Positions 36,514-46,107 of a stretch of DNA of 64,000 bases are shown here, piece by piece. This DNA comes from Coriobacteriales bacterium (GTDB lineage Bacteria > Actinomycetota > Coriobacteriia > Coriobacteriales > CADBOM01). The notes below the pieces were generated by a model, which did no database searches, was not told the origin of the DNA, and worked only from the letters and a program-made list of their open reading frames with translations. The first letter of the stretch is position 1. Each line of letters opens with the position of its first letter. A program made the position numbers and the translations under genes. The stretch is from NCBI GenBank assembly GCA_963665595.2, contig CAXXJK010000009.1, positions 164,289 to 228,288 of the forward strand. The letters run 5' to 3'.

Positions 36514-36603
36514 GCTACCCTTTACGTCACCAAACGCTACCCTTTATGTCGTCAGGCGCTACCCTTTTCTGGTTTGAAAGGGTTGCTTATGGTGCTACCC
36601 TTT
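36514..36603. repeat. Iterons (4 x GCTACCCTTT), candidate replication origin of the element
   Basis: Copies at 36514, 36536, 36558 (22-bp spacing) and 36594. Lies between the wHTH gene and the helicase gene. A GC-rich hairpin is adjacent at 36442-36476. Confidence 0.6.
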
Positions 36604-36906
36604 GTAATTGTCTATCGGAAACGTGTAGACGGTCGCTCTACCGCTCCCATTGCCATTTTTGATGACGACTAAACCGCTTTCATGAAGACGTTTCTTCGCG
36701 CGGGTTACAGCGTCTTTCTTCAAACATAATCCTTCTTGAATATCTGAGTTCGTAACATATGCAACACCACTTTTCGAATTACGGCATGAATGAACGTACC
36801 AGTAGACACCTTGTGCGGTAGCATCGCCCTTGAGCGTTTTGCCAACACGGGCGGCTTCGACGGTATAGTTTGTCGAAAATGAGCCTCGCCGCCACTCATC
36901 GTTCAT
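36595..36906 (-). CDS. Winged-helix DNA-binding protein (candidate iteron-binding initiator)
   Basis: wHTH-like VTNSDIQEGLCLKKDAVTRAKKRLHESGLVV. Its stop overlaps the fourth iteron. Confidence 0.5.
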   Translation of the reverse strand: MNDEWRRGSFSTNYTVEAARVGKTLKGDATAQGVYWYVHSCRNSKSGVAYVTNSDIQEGLCLKKDAVTRAKKRLHESGLVVIKNGNGSGRATVYTFPIDNYKG

Positions 36907-37072
36907 GTCGTTGCTCTAGGAGACGCAATGATCTCATCGCCTTGGCGAGTTCGAATTCAACCCCGTTTTGCTTGATGCGATGAAATTCAGGGGCGAACAT
37001 GGCTTCCTCGCGCTCCCGCCGCATACGTTCAGCATTCCACGTCCGCTCACGTTCATCTCGTTCTCTGCTCAT
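36896..37072 (-). CDS. Unlisted 58-aa Arg/Glu-rich ORF, translationally coupled on both sides
   Basis: My own translation reads MSRERDERERTWNAERMRREREEAMF...LLEQRHER. There is an ATGA overlap with the upstream stop, and the ORF overlaps the downstream ATG. Confidence 0.4.
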   Translation of the reverse strand: MSRERDERERTWNAERMRREREEAMFAPEFHRIKQNGVEFELAKAMRSLRLLEQRHER

Positions 37073-37344
37073 GACTCGTCATCTCCTTCAAGCATTTCAA
37101 CAAGTCGAGCGGTGATGATCCGCCAGCGACTCCCGATTCGAACAGCGGGAAGTTCGCCCGAGCGACAAAGCGCCCTGACGTGATTCTGATGAAAACCGAG
37201 AAATTCACTGGCCTGCTCAGGCGTGATCAATGGCGGTAGAGATGATAAAATGTTGTTGCGCGATTCTCCGGAATGCGTCGAAGATGTCACGGTCGCAAAA
37301 TCCTCCAAGATCGCCGACCGTGGCGTCATTTTTCTCGTATACAT
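37069..37344 (-). CDS. Excisionase-type (MerR/AlpA-like HTH) DNA-binding protein
   Basis: ITPEQASEFLGFHQNHVRALCRSGELPAVRIGSRWRI. Confidence 0.65.
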   Translation of the reverse strand: MYTRKMTPRSAILEDFATVTSSTHSGESRNNILSSLPPLITPEQASEFLGFHQNHVRALCRSGELPAVRIGSRWRIITARLVEMLEGDDES

Positions 37345-37544
37345 TATTCGTCAATCTCCTTGAATAGGTCTGCCGGATCGCCTTCCCAGCCGAGCACGTT
37401 GGCTATGGCTTGCGCAGCTTTGGGGTAGGCCGTTCGACGACCAGCCTCGATCTCCCAGACGGTGGTGGAATTAATACCCGATCTAGTGGCAAGCGCAGAC
37501 TTTGATAATCCCTGCCGCGTTCTTTCTAAACTCATCCGAAGCAT
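37344..37544 (-). CDS. XRE-family HTH regulator (Cro-like)
   Basis: LSKSALATRSGINSTTVWEIEAGRR. First gene of the leftward operon. Confidence 0.75.
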   Translation of the reverse strand: MLRMSLERTRQGLSKSALATRSGINSTTVWEIEAGRRTAYPKAAQAIANVLGWEGDPADLFKEIDE

Positions 37545-37556
37545 AATTTTTCTCCT

Positions 37557-37642
37557 AACTAGAAATCTCTAATTTTTAGGTTGCAACCTGTGCCTTCATA
37601 ATATATTATGGAAATGTACCTAAATAGATTCATTTTCTAGTT
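37557..37642. promoter_or_regulatory. Divergent control region with palindromic operator candidates
   Basis: Perfect 12-bp palindrome AGGTTGCAACCT (37578-37589). It is flanked by the inverted repeat AACTAGAAA (37557-37565) / TTTCTAGTT (37634-37642). Confidence 0.5.
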
Positions 37643-37655
37643 TTTGGAGGTATTT

Positions 37656-38561
37656 ATGAAAGTTAGTTTTAAACTTCGCTCAAAAGCAGATATTAAAGAT
37701 GCTGAATCGGTGGTTTACCCTGTAAAATTTGGTTCCTATGAAGGAAAGGATTTCTTTTACGTTCCGCCACTGCCTTACGCGCCCAATGCTCCGTCTCTTG
37801 CTCTTTTTGGCATGTCCTTAGTTCGCTTGCCACACGAATTCTATTTACGTGAATTCATGGAGCTTGACGCATCCGATAATGGAGCTCTCCTCGAATTTCA
37901 AAATAAGTTTGGACGTATTAATTCTACACGGAGTATTTATAGAGGAATCGAACCTGATACAAGCAATAAATCATTTGTTTCTTACTGGGTAGATGCTGAT
38001 GAATTTAAAGAGGAATTTGACGGAATCGAAGAGTCGAGGAAACTGTTTGGAATATACGAAGAATTAATAAACTCTGATGAAAAAAATATAGAAAAGAATA
38101 TAGATTTGATTGCAAAGCTAGCTCTACCGGTGTCGGCATTAGAGGTAAGAGCCACTGTCCAGAATGCTCAAAAAATCATTAAGACACTCATTTATATTCA
38201 TGGGCATTCATATGAAAAACATCCCGTCAATAGACTTATGGAATATGCATCTGATAAGGGTATTGCGGACATATATATTAAATTTATTGACTCTGCGATT
38301 AATGATGTGTTCCCGACCATTTCCGTTATAGATGAGACAAAAGATACCAACCAATGTCCTTTAATGGTATTAATATTTGCCCAGCTTATGACTGGGCTGA
38401 TTGACAAAGAATCCTTCAAAGTTTGTCAGTGCAGAGAATGCGAGCGTCTATTCCAATACAAAGAAAATGGTCGACGAACAGGGTCTGAATATTGTTCTGA
38501 AAGATGTCAAGAACGTGAAAAACGACTTCGCTATGCTGATCGAAAAGTAAATCTAATCTAA
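37656..38561 (+). CDS. Hypothetical protein with a C-terminal CGNR-like zinc-finger pattern
   Basis: CQCRECERLFQYKENGRRTGSEYCSERCQEREKRLRY resembles C..C..F....RR..CS..C.NR.K. The ATG at 37656 follows GGAGG. Confidence 0.5.
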   Translation: MKVSFKLRSKADIKDAESVVYPVKFGSYEGKDFFYVPPLPYAPNAPSLALFGMSLVRLPHEFYLREFMELDASDNGALLEFQNKFGRINSTRSIYRGIEPDTSNKSFVSYWVDADEFKEEFDGIEESRKLFGIYEELINSDEKNIEKNIDLIAKLALPVSALEVRATVQNAQKIIKTLIYIHGHSYEKHPVNRLMEYASDKGIADIYIKFIDSAINDVFPTISVIDETKDTNQCPLMVLIFAQLMTGLIDKESFKVCQCRECERLFQYKENGRRTGSEYCSERCQEREKRLRYADRKVNLI

Positions 38562-38646
38562 TCAAAACCGCTATACCCAGCACGGACGCTATGCCTGAGG
38601 GCGCGCCCGCTGACGATAAGAAGAACGCGAAGGGAGGTGAAACAAA

Positions 38647-39960
38647 ATGACAAGACTATACGGAGAAGGCACCATCAAGGAGCTTATCAAAGGCAAGAAG
38701 TATTTCCTCCGTCTTTATTGCGGTATCGACCCTATAACCGGCAAGTACCGGGAGAAAACTGAAATGGTTCACGGTACTAAGGCACAGGCGAGAAGGCGGC
38801 TTGAGGAGATACGCACAGAGATCGAGAGCGGTCTACGAATGAATGCCGACAAGATCACCTATGCAGAACTTTCTGAACAATTCCACGGTATGAGGGAGCT
38901 GGAGGGCGTTCTAAAACCTCAAACACTTCGAAGCTCCCGCATGCTAGAAAAACATATAGTGGGTCGTATAGGATCTGCAAGAGTATGTGATCTGGACGCT
39001 CAGAGCGTCAGAAATCTTTATAGGTTGCTACTGGAGAACGGTATAGGAAACACCACCCTTCATCACGTTCATAAGCAGTTAAAACAAATTCTTCAGTTTG
39101 CGGTGAATAATGATATTCTGCTTAAGAATCCATGCGATAGAGTAAAAGCTCCCCAGCGTTCAAAACCGGTACGGAAAAGTCTCACTAAACCCGAAGCAGC
39201 ACGATTGCGCGAAGTATTGCTTGAGGCTCCAGATTCGCCTCAAATTGGTGTGTTGCTTGGTTTGAGCACAGGAATGAGGGTGAGCGAAGTAATGGGGCTT
39301 ACATGGCGAAATGTTACATTTGACGGTTCGTCGCCGTGTGCAAGAGTTATTCAGTCGCTTGACCGCTTCGGGAATATCCAGACTCCTAAAACAGATAGTG
39401 GCATTCGTACTATTTCCATTGACGGGAAGACTCGGGAAGCTTTGAGGGTGTGGAAGAAGAAACAAGCTCTTGAAATGTTCGCGCTTGGCATGAGACAGGA
39501 AGATTCAACGCCCGTTTGTACGAATCAACTCTATGGCTTCTTCGACCTCGCTGATTATTCTCGATGGTTCCGTGCATTCTGTGTTCAAAATAAATTTGGA
39601 CGCTATGTTGACGATGAAGGAGAGCCAATACCCGAGCGGCATCTGAATACACAAGGGTTTCCGGTCGATAGGGAAGGGCATCCTTATTCTCGAAACAATC
39701 CAAAGCCTAAGACCAGAAAGCACTACGAAGGATTGAAATTTCATGAGTTACGTCATACTCAAGCAACCTTACAATTGGCAGCAGGGGTAGACATCAAGAC
39801 CGTTCAGACTCGCCTCGGTCATGCAAGCGCAAGTGTCACGCTCAATACATATGCTCACGCGTTACCAGAGCGCGATAGGGCAGCCGCTGATCTGTTCGAA
39901 AGCATCTTGGATGAAGCGGAACAGCCTCGGGTAATAGAGTTCAAAAGCAAAGCAGTTTGA
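38647..39960 (+). CDS. int: Tyrosine recombinase (phage-type integrase)
   Basis: The C-terminal catalytic region has ...GMRVSEVMGL..., HELRHTQATL and NTYAH, giving the R..H-x-x-R..Y set. An N-terminal SAM-like domain is present. Confidence 0.9.
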   Translation: MTRLYGEGTIKELIKGKKYFLRLYCGIDPITGKYREKTEMVHGTKAQARRRLEEIRTEIESGLRMNADKITYAELSEQFHGMRELEGVLKPQTLRSSRMLEKHIVGRIGSARVCDLDAQSVRNLYRLLLENGIGNTTLHHVHKQLKQILQFAVNNDILLKNPCDRVKAPQRSKPVRKSLTKPEAARLREVLLEAPDSPQIGVLLGLSTGMRVSEVMGLTWRNVTFDGSSPCARVIQSLDRFGNIQTPKTDSGIRTISIDGKTREALRVWKKKQALEMFALGMRQEDSTPVCTNQLYGFFDLADYSRWFRAFCVQNKFGRYVDDEGEPIPERHLNTQGFPVDREGHPYSRNNPKPKTRKHYEGLKFHELRHTQATLQLAAGVDIKTVQTRLGHASASVTLNTYAHALPERDRAAADLFESILDEAEQPRVIEFKSKAV

Positions 39961-39984
39961 AACGATTACGGAATAATTACGGAA
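39959..39984. repeat. Candidate integrase arm-type site, copy 2
   Basis: Same 26-nt sequence as 30434-30459. Overlaps the int stop codon. Confidence 0.5.
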
Positions 39985-40004
39985 CAAAAAGCCTAAAGCC
40001 TCCA

Positions 40005-40101
40005 AAAACAGAACAGGCCGCTCGGCTATTTTATGCCTGCGACCTGCGGATTTGTTTGGTGGAGGTAAGGGGGTTCGAACCCCTGACCTCATGGCTGCCA
40101 G
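40005..40101. repeat. attR: 97-bp direct repeat overlapping the intact tRNA-Ala
   Basis: Same sequence as 30236-30332. Confidence 0.9.
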
Positions 40102-40132
40102 CCATGCGCTCTCCCAGCTGAGCTATACCCCC
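40057..40132 (-). tRNA. tRNA-Ala (anticodon GGC) with an encoded CCA
   Basis: The reverse complement is GGGGGTATAGCTCAGCTGGGAGAGCGCATGGCTGGCAGCCATGAGGTCAGGGGTTCGAACCCCCTTACCTCCACCA. It has a G3:U70 pair, the anticodon loop CTGGCAG, and a GGTTCGAA T-loop. Confidence 0.9.
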
Positions 40133-40669
40133 ACAACTTGAACTTGTCCAGTATAGTCAAATCATCCGAGGTCTCTGTCTAAAAAGCCGCCACTTCAAGA
40201 TTTAATCATAAGTAGACCAAATAGTTTTTGCGATCGGTTTTGTTCATTTCGAAGTTGGGCACGTTCTTTGCGAGACATTATCGTTTCTTACCTTAATTGA
40301 ATTTGTTTTCTGGACGCCTGTTCAGGTTAACCTTGCAATCTGAGCAGACATTAGACAATTGAAGGGCTGCCGAGAAGGGCGATATAGCTACATGTTAAGC
40401 GTCCAGGTTGCTTTTGCAAAACCTTTTCAGACGTTGGCGCGAGCATGTTTACAGCCCAGACATAATCCAAATAGCCTTTGCATTATCAGGTAAATACTAT
40501 CCTTCAGTCACCGGTTTGCAAGCAATCTGGACACCTTAAAGGTATCTCTTCCTGCAGAACTTCACATTTGGTGCAACTGTCCAGTTTGCTTTTGCAGTGT
40601 CCAGGTTACGATTTCAATGAACCTTATCGTTTCTTAATGTTTATATGCCTCGTCACGCTAACTAAACCA

Positions 40670-40698
40670 TTGACAGGTATATATCATAACCATATACT
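40670..40698 (+). promoter_or_regulatory. Candidate sigma-70 promoter of rubrerythrin
   Basis: TTGACA, a 17-nt spacer, then TATACT. Confidence 0.5.
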
Positions 40699-40755
40699 CA
40701 AACTAAGCAGATTTATAGAGGTGTCTGCCATAAGAATGGATGAAAGGAAGTGGTC

Positions 40756-41298
40756 ATGTCTGAACTCAACGGATCAAAGACCGAGCAGAATCTTATGACT
40801 GCATTCGCAGGAGAGTCACAGGCACGCAATAAATATACGTATTTCGCATCGAAGGCAAAAAGCGATGGCTATGAGCAGATAGCTGCAATCTTTGAAGAAA
40901 CTGCAAACAATGAAAAAGAACACGCAAAAATGTGGTTTAAGCTCCTCGAGGGGGGAGAGATCAAAGATACTGCGAGCAATTTGAAAGCTGCTGCCGCGGG
41001 TGAAAACTATGAGTGGACCGATATGTACGCCACCTTTGCCAAAGAGGCGCATGAAGAAGGTTTCACCGATATCGCCATACTCTTTGAAGGTGTTGCTTCG
41101 GTTGAAAAAGAGCACGAGGCGCGCTATCTCAAACTTCTCGATAATCTCGAAGAGGGCTTGGTCTTTTCGCGTGACGAAGACACGATCTGGCAATGTCGTA
41201 ACTGCGGCCATATCATCATTGGCAAGAAAGCTCCCGATGAGTGTCCTGTATGCTCACATCCTCAAGCATATTTTCAATTGGCTGAGCGTAACTACTAG
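40756..41298 (+). CDS. rbr: Rubrerythrin
   Basis: [24 protein letters not shown], ferritin-like EEKEH motifs, and a C-terminal rubredoxin-like CRNCGH...CPVCSHP. Confidence 0.9.
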   Translation: MSELNGSKTEQNLMTAFAGESQARNKYTYFASKAKSDGYEQIAAIFEETANNEKEHAKMWFKLLEGGEIKDTASNLKAAAAGENYEWTDMYATFAKEAHEEGFTDIAILFEGVASVEKEHEARYLKLLDNLEEGLVFSRDEDTIWQCRNCGHIIIGKKAPDECPVCSHPQAYFQLAERNY

Positions 41299-41330
41299 TA
41301 GAGCAGGCAGTTTAACAGGCCAACATATAT

Positions 41331-41377
41331 AACAAAACGACCATCGGCAAGGTGTCTGTGCCGGTGGTCGTTTTGTT
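41331..41377 (+). terminator. Rho-independent terminator
   Basis: Long stem aacaaaacgaccatcggca / tgccggtggtcgttttgtt. Confidence 0.7.
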
Positions 41378-41575
41378 ATAAGCAACGCGCGAGAGGTCTG
41401 ATAGAAAATCTCGCTCTACATCTTTCCTCATGTTTTTCTGAGAATTGTAGCCTATGCCATAGAGTTAATTCTGTACATTAACCGCTCATGATAGTTTTAA
41501 GGTTTGAATCGCCTTGATTTAGCGTTACCATAAGCTAAATTTTAGGAACAAGCAAAGAGATAGGAGTGTATATTC

Positions 41576-43093
41576 ATGGCATTTTTCTATGACGAGCCGG
41601 CTCATACCTTTAATGAGTATCTGTTGGTGCCGGGGTATTCTTCTTCAGAGTGTGTCCCTACTGCCGTGGATCTTTCAACTCCGCTCGTGCGTTTCAAAAA
41701 AGGCGAAGAGCCTGCCCTCAAGTTGAATATACCGGTCGTGTCCGCCATTATGCAAGCGGTATCAAACGATATCATGGCCGTTGCGTTGGCAACAGAAGGT
41801 GGCTTATCGTTTATCTATGGCAGCCAGACGATTGAAGATCAAGCCGCCATGGTAAGCCATGTAAAAGATACACGCGCAGGTTTTGTCGAATCAGATTCCA
41901 ACATCTCCCCAGAAGATACTCTCGCAGATGTTCTGGCACTCAAGCAGAGTTCTGGTCACTCAACAATGCCTGTTACCGTTGATGGTTCTCAGCATGGCAA
42001 GCTGCTTGGTATTGTGACCAGTCGTGATTATCGCGTTAGTCGTATGAAGATGACTGACAAGGTACGAGACTTTATGACACCCCGAGAAAATCTTATTGTT
42101 GCTGCTGAAGAAACAACCCTTTCAGAAGCAAATGATATTATCTGGGACAATCGTCTCAACGCTTTGCCGGTAGTTGACAGCAAGGATAATCTCATAGCAA
42201 TGGTCTTTCGCAAAGACTATGATTCCCATAAACTGAACCCGCTCGAATTACTTGATCAAAACAAAAGCTATATGGTGGGAGCAGGAATCAACACGCGCGA
42301 TTACGAAGAACGCGTGCCTGCTTTACTTGAGGCTGGCGCCGATGTTTTGTGTATTGACTCTTCAGAGGGATTTTCTGAATGGCAAAAACGTACCATTGAG
42401 TGGATCCGTGGGACCTATGGCGACACGGTTAAAGTGGGCGCCGGCAATGTGGTCGACCGAGAAGGTTTCCGTTTTCTTGCGGATTGTGGTGCCGATTTTA
42501 TCAAGGTTGGTATCGGCGGCGGTTCAATCTGTATCACGCGAGAGCAAAAGGGCATTGGCCGTGGTCAGGCTACTGCATTGATTGAAGTGGCTGCAGCGCG
42601 CAACGAGTATTTTGAGGAAACTGGCATCTATGTGCCAATATGCTCAGATGGTGGCATTGTCTATGATCATCATATGACGCTTGCTTTGGCGATGGGTGCC
42701 GATTTCTTAATGCTTGGTCGTTATTTTGCTCGATTTGATGAAAGCCCGACTAAGCGCGTCAATGTCAACGGATCATTCATGAAAGAATATTGGGGCGAAG
42801 GTTCTTCTCGCGCGCGCAACTGGCAACGCTACGATATGGGAGGAGCCTCCAAGCTGGCCTTTGAAGAAGGGGTCGATTCCTATGTTCCGTATGCTGGCTC
42901 GCTGAAGGAGAACCTTGACATTACGCTTTATAAAGTGAAGTCAACTATGTGTAATTGTGGCTCGCTCGCCATTTCCGAATTTCAAAATAACGCAAAATTG
43001 ACGCTCATTTCGTCAACTTCAATTCTTGAAGGCGGCGCTCATGATGTCGTGCTTAAGGATTCTGCTCAAAACATTAATGTAGCTTTCAGGTAA
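41576..43093 (+). CDS. guaB: IMP dehydrogenase
   Basis: Catalytic loop [12 protein letters not shown], a CBS pair insert, and a 505-aa length. Confidence 0.9.
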   Translation: MAFFYDEPAHTFNEYLLVPGYSSSECVPTAVDLSTPLVRFKKGEEPALKLNIPVVSAIMQAVSNDIMAVALATEGGLSFIYGSQTIEDQAAMVSHVKDTRAGFVESDSNISPEDTLADVLALKQSSGHSTMPVTVDGSQHGKLLGIVTSRDYRVSRMKMTDKVRDFMTPRENLIVAAEETTLSEANDIIWDNRLNALPVVDSKDNLIAMVFRKDYDSHKLNPLELLDQNKSYMVGAGINTRDYEERVPALLEAGADVLCIDSSEGFSEWQKRTIEWIRGTYGDTVKVGAGNVVDREGFRFLADCGADFIKVGIGGGSICITREQKGIGRGQATALIEVAAARNEYFEETGIYVPICSDGGIVYDHHMTLALAMGADFLMLGRYFARFDESPTKRVNVNGSFMKEYWGEGSSRARNWQRYDMGGASKLAFEEGVDSYVPYAGSLKENLDITLYKVKSTMCNCGSLAISEFQNNAKLTLISSTSILEGGAHDVVLKDSAQNINVAFR

Positions 43094-43179
43094 GAATTTA
43101 ACGTCAGCTACACTCTGAAAGGCCAGTATCTCACGGTGCCTTTTGCCGTATGCGATGATATACAAGGAGAAGCATCTCG

Positions 43180-45744
43180 ATGACCGTATATGACCCACAG
43201 AACATTGAACCAAAATGGCAGAAAAAATGGGAGGAAGAGTCTCTCTATACGGTATCTCCTGATACAGAAAAGCCAACTAAATACGTGCTTGAGATGTTTC
43301 CTTATCCCTCTGGCGACATTCATATGGGACATGTGCGCAACTATACCATTGGTGACGTGATTAGTCGTTATTCTCTCATGAATGGATATGCGGTACTTCA
43401 TCCTATCGGCTGGGATGCCTTCGGTCTTCCGGCAGAAAATGCTGCCATAAAACAACACTCGCATCCTGCTTTATGGACCTACGGAAATATAGATCGTCAA
43501 CGCACCTCTTTTCGTCGCATGGGTTTTTCATACGACTGGGATCGTAGTGTTATTACGTGCGACGAGGATTACTATCGTTGGGGACAATGGATATTCCTTA
43601 AGATGTGGGAACGTGGACTTGTGGAACGTCGTAGCTCTGCGGTCAACTGGTGCCCGAGTTGCGAAACCGTTCTTGCAAATGAGCAGGTTACTGAGGGCGT
43701 GTGCTGGCGCTGCGGGAGTGAAATAGAAAAGCGCGAGCTTGAACAATGGTATTTCAAGATAACCGACTACGCGCAGGAACTTCTTGACGACCTTGATACG
43801 CTCGATGGATGGCCCGAACGCGTAAAACAAATGCAGGCCAACTGGATCGGTCGCTCCGAGGGCGCAGAAGTCGATTTTACGGTATGCGATCAGAATGGTG
43901 AACCAACTGACGAAACCATTACAGTGTTTACCACACGTCCTGATACTCTGTTTGGATGTTCCTTTTTCTTGCTGGCACCTGAATATCCCGGGCTTATCGA
44001 CATGGTCAAGGGAACAGAATATGAAACATCTGTGCAGCAACTCATCGAAGACGCTTCTAAAATAAGTGCTGTTGAACGTGCGCAGGGGAGCCACGAAAAG
44101 CATGGAGTGGATACCGGACGTTTTATGATAAACCCGGTGAACGGTGAGAAGATTCCTGTCTGGGTTGCCGATTACATCATTTCTGATTACGGAACGGGTG
44201 CGGTTATGGCGGTGCCCTGCGGGGACCAGAGGGACTTTGAGTTTGCGCGAAAATATAATTTACCTATTATACCTATTATTTTGTCTGAAACCGACCCGTT
44301 ATATTCTGAACTTGCCGGTGTCCAGGATCGTATACGCACTGATGTATCTTGGGATCATTCGTTTGAAGCAGAGGGTGTTCTCGTACAATCAGGTATCTAT
44401 ACCGGCTTGGTGGGCGGCAAGCATTCTCCTGCCGTTGATGCCATTATTGCTGATCTTGAGGCGGTGGGGAAGGGGAAGAAGACTGTCAACTTCCGTTTGC
44501 GGGATTGGCTGATTTCCCGACAGCGTTATTGGGGTAATCCCATACCCGCTATTCATTGTGAAAATTGCGGTATCGTGCCGGTGCCAGAAGAGGATCTGCC
44601 GGTTCATCTACCGCTTGATTTGAATGTTGCAGAAGGGGAGACTCTCGCCGATCATAAAGAATTCTACGAGTGCGTTTGCCCTCGCTGTGGCGCTCCTGCT
44701 CACCGCGAGACAGATACGATGGATACCTTTACTTGCTCATCGTGGTACTATTTGCGCTATACCGACCCCCACAATGATACGTTGCCGTTCAGCTCCGTCG
44801 AAGCGAATCGCTGGATGCCTGTTGACCAGTACATCGGTGGTATCGAACACGCGATTCTTCACTTGCTCTATTCACGATTTTTTACGAAGGTATTGCGTGA
44901 TATTGGCCTGCTTGATTTTGACGAGCCGTTCACCAATCTTTTATGCCAGGGTATGGTTAAAGACGAAAACGCAGAGGTTATGTCAAAGTCAAAGGGCAAT
45001 GTCATAGCACCTGAGGACATGATTGCAAAATATGGGACCGACGCACTCCGTACTTATATTTTATTCATGGCTCCACCGGACAAAGATCTTATCTGGGACG
45101 AAAGCGGTCTAGCCGGTATATTGAAGTTTCTGAATCGAGTCTGGCGTTTGGTTTCAGAACTTTCTTTTGTAAAAGATAATGATATTATGCCATTTTATGA
45201 AGGTATTGTCGACGAAGCAGCGGCTAAGCAAATGGCTCAGAAACTTAATCGAGAGACGCATCGCGTTATTGGCAAGGTTTCCTATGATATTGAACGATTT
45301 AATTTCAATACGGCAATTTCAGCCGTTATGGAGCTTGCCAACACGACCACTGAGTATCTGCGATTAGTTGACCCAGAAATGCGCGAAAGCTCCTCAGATC
45401 TCAGAGAACTTGATAAGCGGACATCTGAGGCGTTGGTGCTGTTGCTTGCACCCATGGCACCACATTGGGCTGAGGAATTATGGCGTGTGGTGTTAGGACA
45501 CGAGAATTCAGTCCACACACAGGCGTGGCCAGAACATGACTCAGAGCAGGCAAAAACTGATGAAATTGAAATGGCTGTTCAGGTAAATGGTAAGATTAAA
45601 GGACATATAACAGTACCAACTGAACTATCAAAAGAAGAAATTGAAGTAATGGCCCGCGAAGAACTTGCTACGCAGATCGTTGATAAACAGATAGTCAAAA
45701 TAGTAGTTGTTCCAGGCAAACTCGTGAATGTAGTCGTGAAGTAA
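43180..45744 (+). CDS. leuS: Leucine--tRNA ligase
   Basis: HMGH and VMSKSKGN (KMSKS) signatures, a CP1 editing domain, and an 854-aa length. Confidence 0.95.
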   Translation: MTVYDPQNIEPKWQKKWEEESLYTVSPDTEKPTKYVLEMFPYPSGDIHMGHVRNYTIGDVISRYSLMNGYAVLHPIGWDAFGLPAENAAIKQHSHPALWTYGNIDRQRTSFRRMGFSYDWDRSVITCDEDYYRWGQWIFLKMWERGLVERRSSAVNWCPSCETVLANEQVTEGVCWRCGSEIEKRELEQWYFKITDYAQELLDDLDTLDGWPERVKQMQANWIGRSEGAEVDFTVCDQNGEPTDETITVFTTRPDTLFGCSFFLLAPEYPGLIDMVKGTEYETSVQQLIEDASKISAVERAQGSHEKHGVDTGRFMINPVNGEKIPVWVADYIISDYGTGAVMAVPCGDQRDFEFARKYNLPIIPIILSETDPLYSELAGVQDRIRTDVSWDHSFEAEGVLVQSGIYTGLVGGKHSPAVDAIIADLEAVGKGKKTVNFRLRDWLISRQRYWGNPIPAIHCENCGIVPVPEEDLPVHLPLDLNVAEGETLADHKEFYECVCPRCGAPAHRETDTMDTFTCSSWYYLRYTDPHNDTLPFSSVEANRWMPVDQYIGGIEHAILHLLYSRFFTKVLRDIGLLDFDEPFTNLLCQGMVKDENAEVMSKSKGNVIAPEDMIAKYGTDALRTYILFMAPPDKDLIWDESGLAGILKFLNRVWRLVSELSFVKDNDIMPFYEGIVDEAAAKQMAQKLNRETHRVIGKVSYDIERFNFNTAISAVMELANTTTEYLRLVDPEMRESSSDLRELDKRTSEALVLLLAPMAPHWAEELWRVVLGHENSVHTQAWPEHDSEQAKTDEIEMAVQVNGKIKGHITVPTELSKEEIEVMAREELATQIVDKQIVKIVVVPGKLVNVVVK

Positions 45745-45974
45745 TTTATTACTACAAAGGATAGTTATAGAGTGCGCTAAATGTCTGATAATATATGTTA
45801 TGTAAAGTAACGAATATATCATACAAATAGCCTTATTATGCAATTCCCCTGTGGCGTTAGACAATGAGTACAGATTATTCAGTATCGCCTTTCTTATCGC
45901 GCTACTGATGTGAAGTACTTTTGTTGATGCGCTGTCGTTTCGTGTGTCTCTCTCGCAGGTTGCCTGTTGTTCTT

Positions 45975-46015
45975 GTGACGATGAACAGACATTTGGGCCA
46001 TCGTCACTTTTCGTT
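45975..46015 (+). terminator. Hairpin plus T-tract about 230 nt downstream of leuS
   Basis: gtgacgatg / catcgtcac stem followed by ttttcgtt. Confidence 0.5.
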
Positions 46016-46107
46016 ATAAAATTGTATGGTTTTAAGAACATGGTTCCCAAGCTCCTGTAAAGTCCACCTAGGTATATTACCTGCTGACGGTGGCATAATA
46101 CCGAGTA

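Larger units (their letters stand above)
30236..40101. mobile_element. Integrated ~9.8 kb phage-satellite-like (PICI-like) element in the 3' end of tRNA-Ala(GGC)
   Basis: Flanked by 97-bp direct repeats. Contains a tyrosine integrase next to the intact tRNA, XRE and excisionase-type HTH genes, iterons, a DnaB-like helicase and a terminase small subunit. No capsid, tail or lysis genes. Confidence 0.8.

Noticed and set aside
40478-40798. 106-aa ORF in the tRNA-rubrerythrin intergenic region
   Set aside because: It has no RBS, runs through the rbr promoter and start, and has low-complexity composition. The region is better explained as non-coding repeats.
45628-46050. 140-aa minus-strand ORF downstream of leuS
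   Set aside because: It overlaps the leuS 3' end antisense, is AT-rich with Ile/Asn/Tyr-heavy composition, and has no RBS or recognisable motif.
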